Shown: piece by piece, positions 60,133 to 64,000 of the stretch
How positions within the stretch are numbered: the first letter of the stretch is position 1
Layout of the letters: each line of letters starts with the position of its first letter
Assembly: GCA_000708835.1 (NCBI GenBank)
Contig: DF236979.1
Location: 186,001-250,000, forward strand
DNA: 64,000 bases
Direction: 5' to 3'
Origin: Klebsormidium nitens
Taxonomy: Eukaryota > Plantae > Klebsormidiophyceae
Program-made: the position numbers and the translations under genes
Notes under the pieces: generated by a model
Told to the model about the DNA's origin: nothing
What the model saw: only the letters and a program-made list of their open reading frames with translations
Databases searched by the model: none

Positions 60133-60477
60133 ATGTCAGGGGGGGATGATTCTAAGATGGCGCACCCTGCACCTGCTTGGTGGATCGCTATTGGTAGTGG
60201 GCTTGCACTAGTCGGTCTTTGTGGATTTTACGAGGGGTCATTAGGCTACTTAGAGTTCGTTCGCTCAATGATGCTATTGATATACCAAACGAAAGCAAAT
60301 ATTAGAATTCTTTTCATTGTTGCTATTTTGGCCCATGCTGCTGAGGCGTTGGTAGCTTGGAACATCGCCCGTAAGAAGCAACCTAGATTTGCCTTTGCAT
60401 GGTTCTTACAAACGTTTGCTCTTGGATACCCGTCCCTAAGGCTTCTACTTGAGAGACATAAGGAGAAAAGCACGTAA
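60133..60477 (+). CDS. TMEM254-like small membrane protein (114 aa, single coding exon)
   Basis: Hydrophobic segments plus AHAAEALVAW..AR and WFLQTFALGYPSLRLL, typical of TMEM254/DUF4499. Confidence 0.8.
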   Translation: MSGGDDSKMAHPAPAWWIAIGSGLALVGLCGFYEGSLGYLEFVRSMMLLIYQTKANIRILFIVAILAHAAEALVAWNIARKKQPRFAFAWFLQTFALGYPSLRLLLERHKEKST

Positions 60478-61913
60478 GGGCTTGTTACTAAGTAAATTGG
60501 TTTGAAGCTCAGCTTTCAATCAAGCAACTACAGATCACACGACGATAACTTACAAGAGTTGGCGCATTGAATGAGACCAGACTTCAATATGGTGATGGAA
60601 CCGGGCCTGTTGTTCCATGACGCCCCATGATCAGCTCAAGAAGGTATCTGGCTTTGAATCGGTTATCCTTAAGCATGAAATCGATGTTCAACTGCAAATA
60701 CTATCATGCAACCATACTCTAACTTAGTTGATTAGAGACGTCATTGACCGTCACTCTCGCCAGAGTTGCCGTTACTTGCATACGGTTACTTGCATACGAG
60801 TGATCATGCAGATAGCGTAGCGTGCTCGCCATGTACAGGACAGTGATCGATATTGAGCTCAGTGAGTGCCTCCGCGACTCGAACAAAACGAGTTGGGCCC
60901 CCAGGCCCTCGATGCTTCCGACAACGTAATTGTACAACTGTGATTCGCGCAAACTGCATTCTCTGGACAGCCATATTGACAAGCCCTGCAAACATAAGAT
61001 TATAGCCGGATACATCTGTCTTACCAAAACCTTATGGATAATGGCTGAGTATAAAGACACTTGCATGAGAAGTCAGACTTCTTATAGCCTGTGGACGAAA
61101 GAGACAGGCCAAGTGTTGCCGATTTGTCCGCAGTGTGCTTTAGATCTATAAATCTATTCTATACATGCCATAGGTCGTCAATAACGGGGCACGTTCAAGC
61201 ATTCTAACGGCTAGCTTAAGAACGCAATGAGCTCGATCTGATAAAATTGAGCTAGAGAACTCCGCCAAAGGATTAGCAATCCAGGAACGACTGGACGATG
61301 GAGACAGTAGTTACATCGATTCCGGGTTTTTGGGTTACAGCCATGCAGGTTGAGATAGTAGGTCGGTGCCCGCAGAACGGATGGGGTTAGTTCGGGGGTT
61401 AGGGTGGGTAAGGGTGCAAAGGGCGCCGTATAGTAGTGGGAATTTTGGATTACTTTGTGCTCCCGGGTTCTTATACTTGTGTATCTCAACCTGACTTAAC
61501 TGACCCATAATCAAGAACTTATGATGGAGGTGTGATGGAGACGCTAGTAGACAACAAAATCCAGTTCGTCAAGCTTGGCTCGACGGGTCTTGCCGATCGC
61601 ACGGAGGGGATGAGCCCCATGCATGAACGCTCGACTCTCAATCTGAAGAGACGGTGTCTCTCGCGCAAAACCAGGGGGCCGGCTGCTTCAACTGTAGAAA
61701 TTCAGACTGTGGAGCTCGTCTGCGGACAATCCTTTGCAGATGGTGACAGCAAGAGACCGGAGAAGATAAGCGCAGGGGCAGATGTGAGGTGGACGCGACG
61801 TTTTACTTTTCCATCTTTGCATGCTTGGTTAGGTATTCAGCCAAACTTCGAGACGTGGGAGCTGAAGATTTTTGCAGGAAGAAGCAGCGCCAGATTGCTT
61901 CTCGGAGCGAAAG

Positions 61914-63392
61914 ATGCCGGTTGTGAGCACGCACGTCTTCGTGAATCACAAGGGTGGTGTCGGCAAGTCCACCCTGTGCTATCATTTGGCGACAGCATAC
62001 GCAAAGAACCATCCCGACGAGAAAGTGCTCGTTCTGGACTTTACCGAGGTGAGTATTCATGGCGAAATTTTCTTTTTGCTCATTTCGAAAGAATCTTCTC
62101 GCAGCTTGTACTTTCTGCGTGGTAATATCGAGTACAAACAAAACGTGCGCAGGTTCATCAGTATGATATCGAAGGGAGAGTTTCCAGGTGTCACTTTCGA
62201 ATCCTTCGTGCATGAAGGTGGATTACCTTTCTTTTTGAAAGGATCTTGATAGGAGGTGACTCCGTTCCACCGACAACGTAAGAGTAAATACCAAGCAGAT
62301 ATTGATTTTGCTTCTCACATTGCTCCGTTTGACGTTGCTTCCGTATGGGTGGCAGCACGCTGCGATCACAGTCTGTTGCTCACTCTGCTTGAGTAGGCTC
62401 ACCTAGGCCGCGTGGTAACTTTAGCGGGGAACCGAGAAAAGTGATTCGAAGTTTTACCAAAACGCGAAATCTTACCTAGCCAGCACAATAGATTAAGCAG
62501 GATTGCCAGAGACTTCTTTGAACTTTATTTTACCAGCACACTATCTGCCAATGTAGGTGGGAGATGTGTCCGAGTTCTTTCTGGGAGGCGCTCACAACCA
62601 GCGTGGCAAGCGCCGCCAGAGAGCCATAGCTCCTGTCGTCAGCGCGACGAGCTACCTCCTGAAGGCGCTAGCGCAAGCCATTCCAAAGTAGGTCTCCCGG
62701 TTGTGGCCCATGGTTCTGCTTTTCTGTGCAAGCTAGGACGGAAGCAGAATCCCTCAGTTTGTGAGAGTAGTCTTTGTCTTGATTAAGGCCCTGGTAAACG
62801 GATAAGACCATACAAAGTAATCAACTTTAGAATCTGCCAGTCTTGTTAATTGCAACTTCACGATTGCATTCGCTTAGCGCCAGATCCTCTCTTGGTTTAG
62901 AACGTCAGCTTTGGAAGTTTGAGCTAGCTAAGGCGTGTTCGAGTTTACCTGGTGAATCACATGGCTCAGTATACCTACTCCTCACCCTTTCGGCCTTAGC
63001 GTAGAGTCCAAACGAAGAAAGACGTGTCCAAGAATTCGCGAGAGTCCAGTTTCGGAAAGGCTGGGTCCAGGCAGGATTAGGGCGGTAAAACATTTATTAT
63101 GTTCTTTGTTCCCTGCTCTCTGTAGGTTGCAACGTGCAGACTTTCATACCGTTCAGCAAAGCTCGTCTTCGAAGGCTGACCGGAGCGAATAGAAAGTAAG
63201 ACAGTCCACAATGTGAAAGCTCTCATTTCCGACCCTTTGCAGGTTCCAGCTCACGGACGACGTGCAGGAGGATGAGAAGGTCCTGGCCGCGCTCCTAGGG
63301 GCGCTGCCGCAGCCCAAGAAGGCGAGCAGCGGTGACCCCCCCCCGGGGCCCTTCTCGCAGGAAATCGCCTTCTCGCAAGAGATTACTGACAG
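61914..63392 (+). CDS. ParA/Soj-family ATPase with spliceosomal introns, partial (exons 61914-62048, 62557-62687, 63243-63392; continues beyond window; possible upstream exon from 61532)
   Basis: Deviant Walker A VFVNHKGGVGKST, then YAKNHPDEKVLVLDFTE|VGDVSEFFLGG. GT-AG junctions are phase-consistent. Confidence 0.8.
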
Positions 63393-64000
63393 GTACGGTG
63401 GGTAAGTTACTACTTTGCAGGAATTGGTAACTGCATTATTCGCTTTTGACTGTCTTTGCATCTTCCCCCGCTTTCATCGTACAGCCTTCTCCTTGTAGAA
63501 ACATCAGGCAATGCTTCCGCGGGTTTCTCTCACTGACCTTGATGATGGATAGTCAAAGCACCGACTGCTGTATTGATCGTCGACAGGATTGAGCAGCTTC
63601 CTCTGCTAATGGCACACAATTACTTGAAATGGGAAGACGAATGAGCCGCCTTGAGAAGCAGAAGCACACTATTACAGCAACTAGAGACTTAGTAAAGGTG
63701 TCAACTCGCAGCGGGGACTGACTACGCCTTTTCGTTCCGCAGCCAAAAGGACTCTGAGGAAGGTGGCGAGGAAAGCGGCACGTCGACTCATCACGAAGTG
63801 TAGGTTTTCCACGCCTCACTTTCCACTCCCAAGCTCAGCCTGCTGGTCGCGTAATTTGAGCTTTACTGAGACAGCAGATCGCCAATTCTCCTCGAGTGTC
63901 ACTGCTCTCATTAGATGATCATTATCTTTCGAAGACGGAAGCTGAACCATCGAGCCGTATTTTCACCTCTATGTAGTCAGCTGCCAAGCAGTTTGTCTGA

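Noticed and set aside
60133-60477. TMEM254-like gene as a retrocopy because it lacks coding introns
   Set aside because: No poly(A) remnant or TSD is present, and a short gene can be naturally single-exon.

Overview
Intron-rich eukaryotic nuclear DNA, most consistent with a streptophyte green alga (Klebsormidium-like; inferred from the plastid-targeted gene set, GC-rich exons and long GT-AG introns). I assembled exon chains by hand, with matching splice phases, for eight multi-exon genes: DDM1/HELLS helicase (-), glutathione synthetase (+), a macrodomain protein (-), SR45/RNPS1 (+, with one apparent 1-nt frameshift), a plastid sigma70 factor (+), EGY3 (-), a DGD-like galactosyltransferase (+) and a YGGT/YLMG protein (-). 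There is also a single-exon TMEM254-like gene (+) and an intron-containing bacterial-type ParA ATPase that runs off the window end (+). Two non-autonomous DNA transposons are present: a hAT MITE with an 8-bp TSD and a 721-bp TTAA-flanked foldback element. The most unusual signal is a pervasive set of exon-boundary echoes: partial copies of an exon edge plus its splice site, lying in the adjacent intron, often in arrays. Several differ from the live exon almost only at synonymous sites, which is not expected for neutrally decaying duplicates. A second notable signal is a LAGLIDADG homing-endonuclease-like reading frame antisense inside a spliceosomal intron of the YGGT gene. All family assignments come from motif recognition; no database searches were run.
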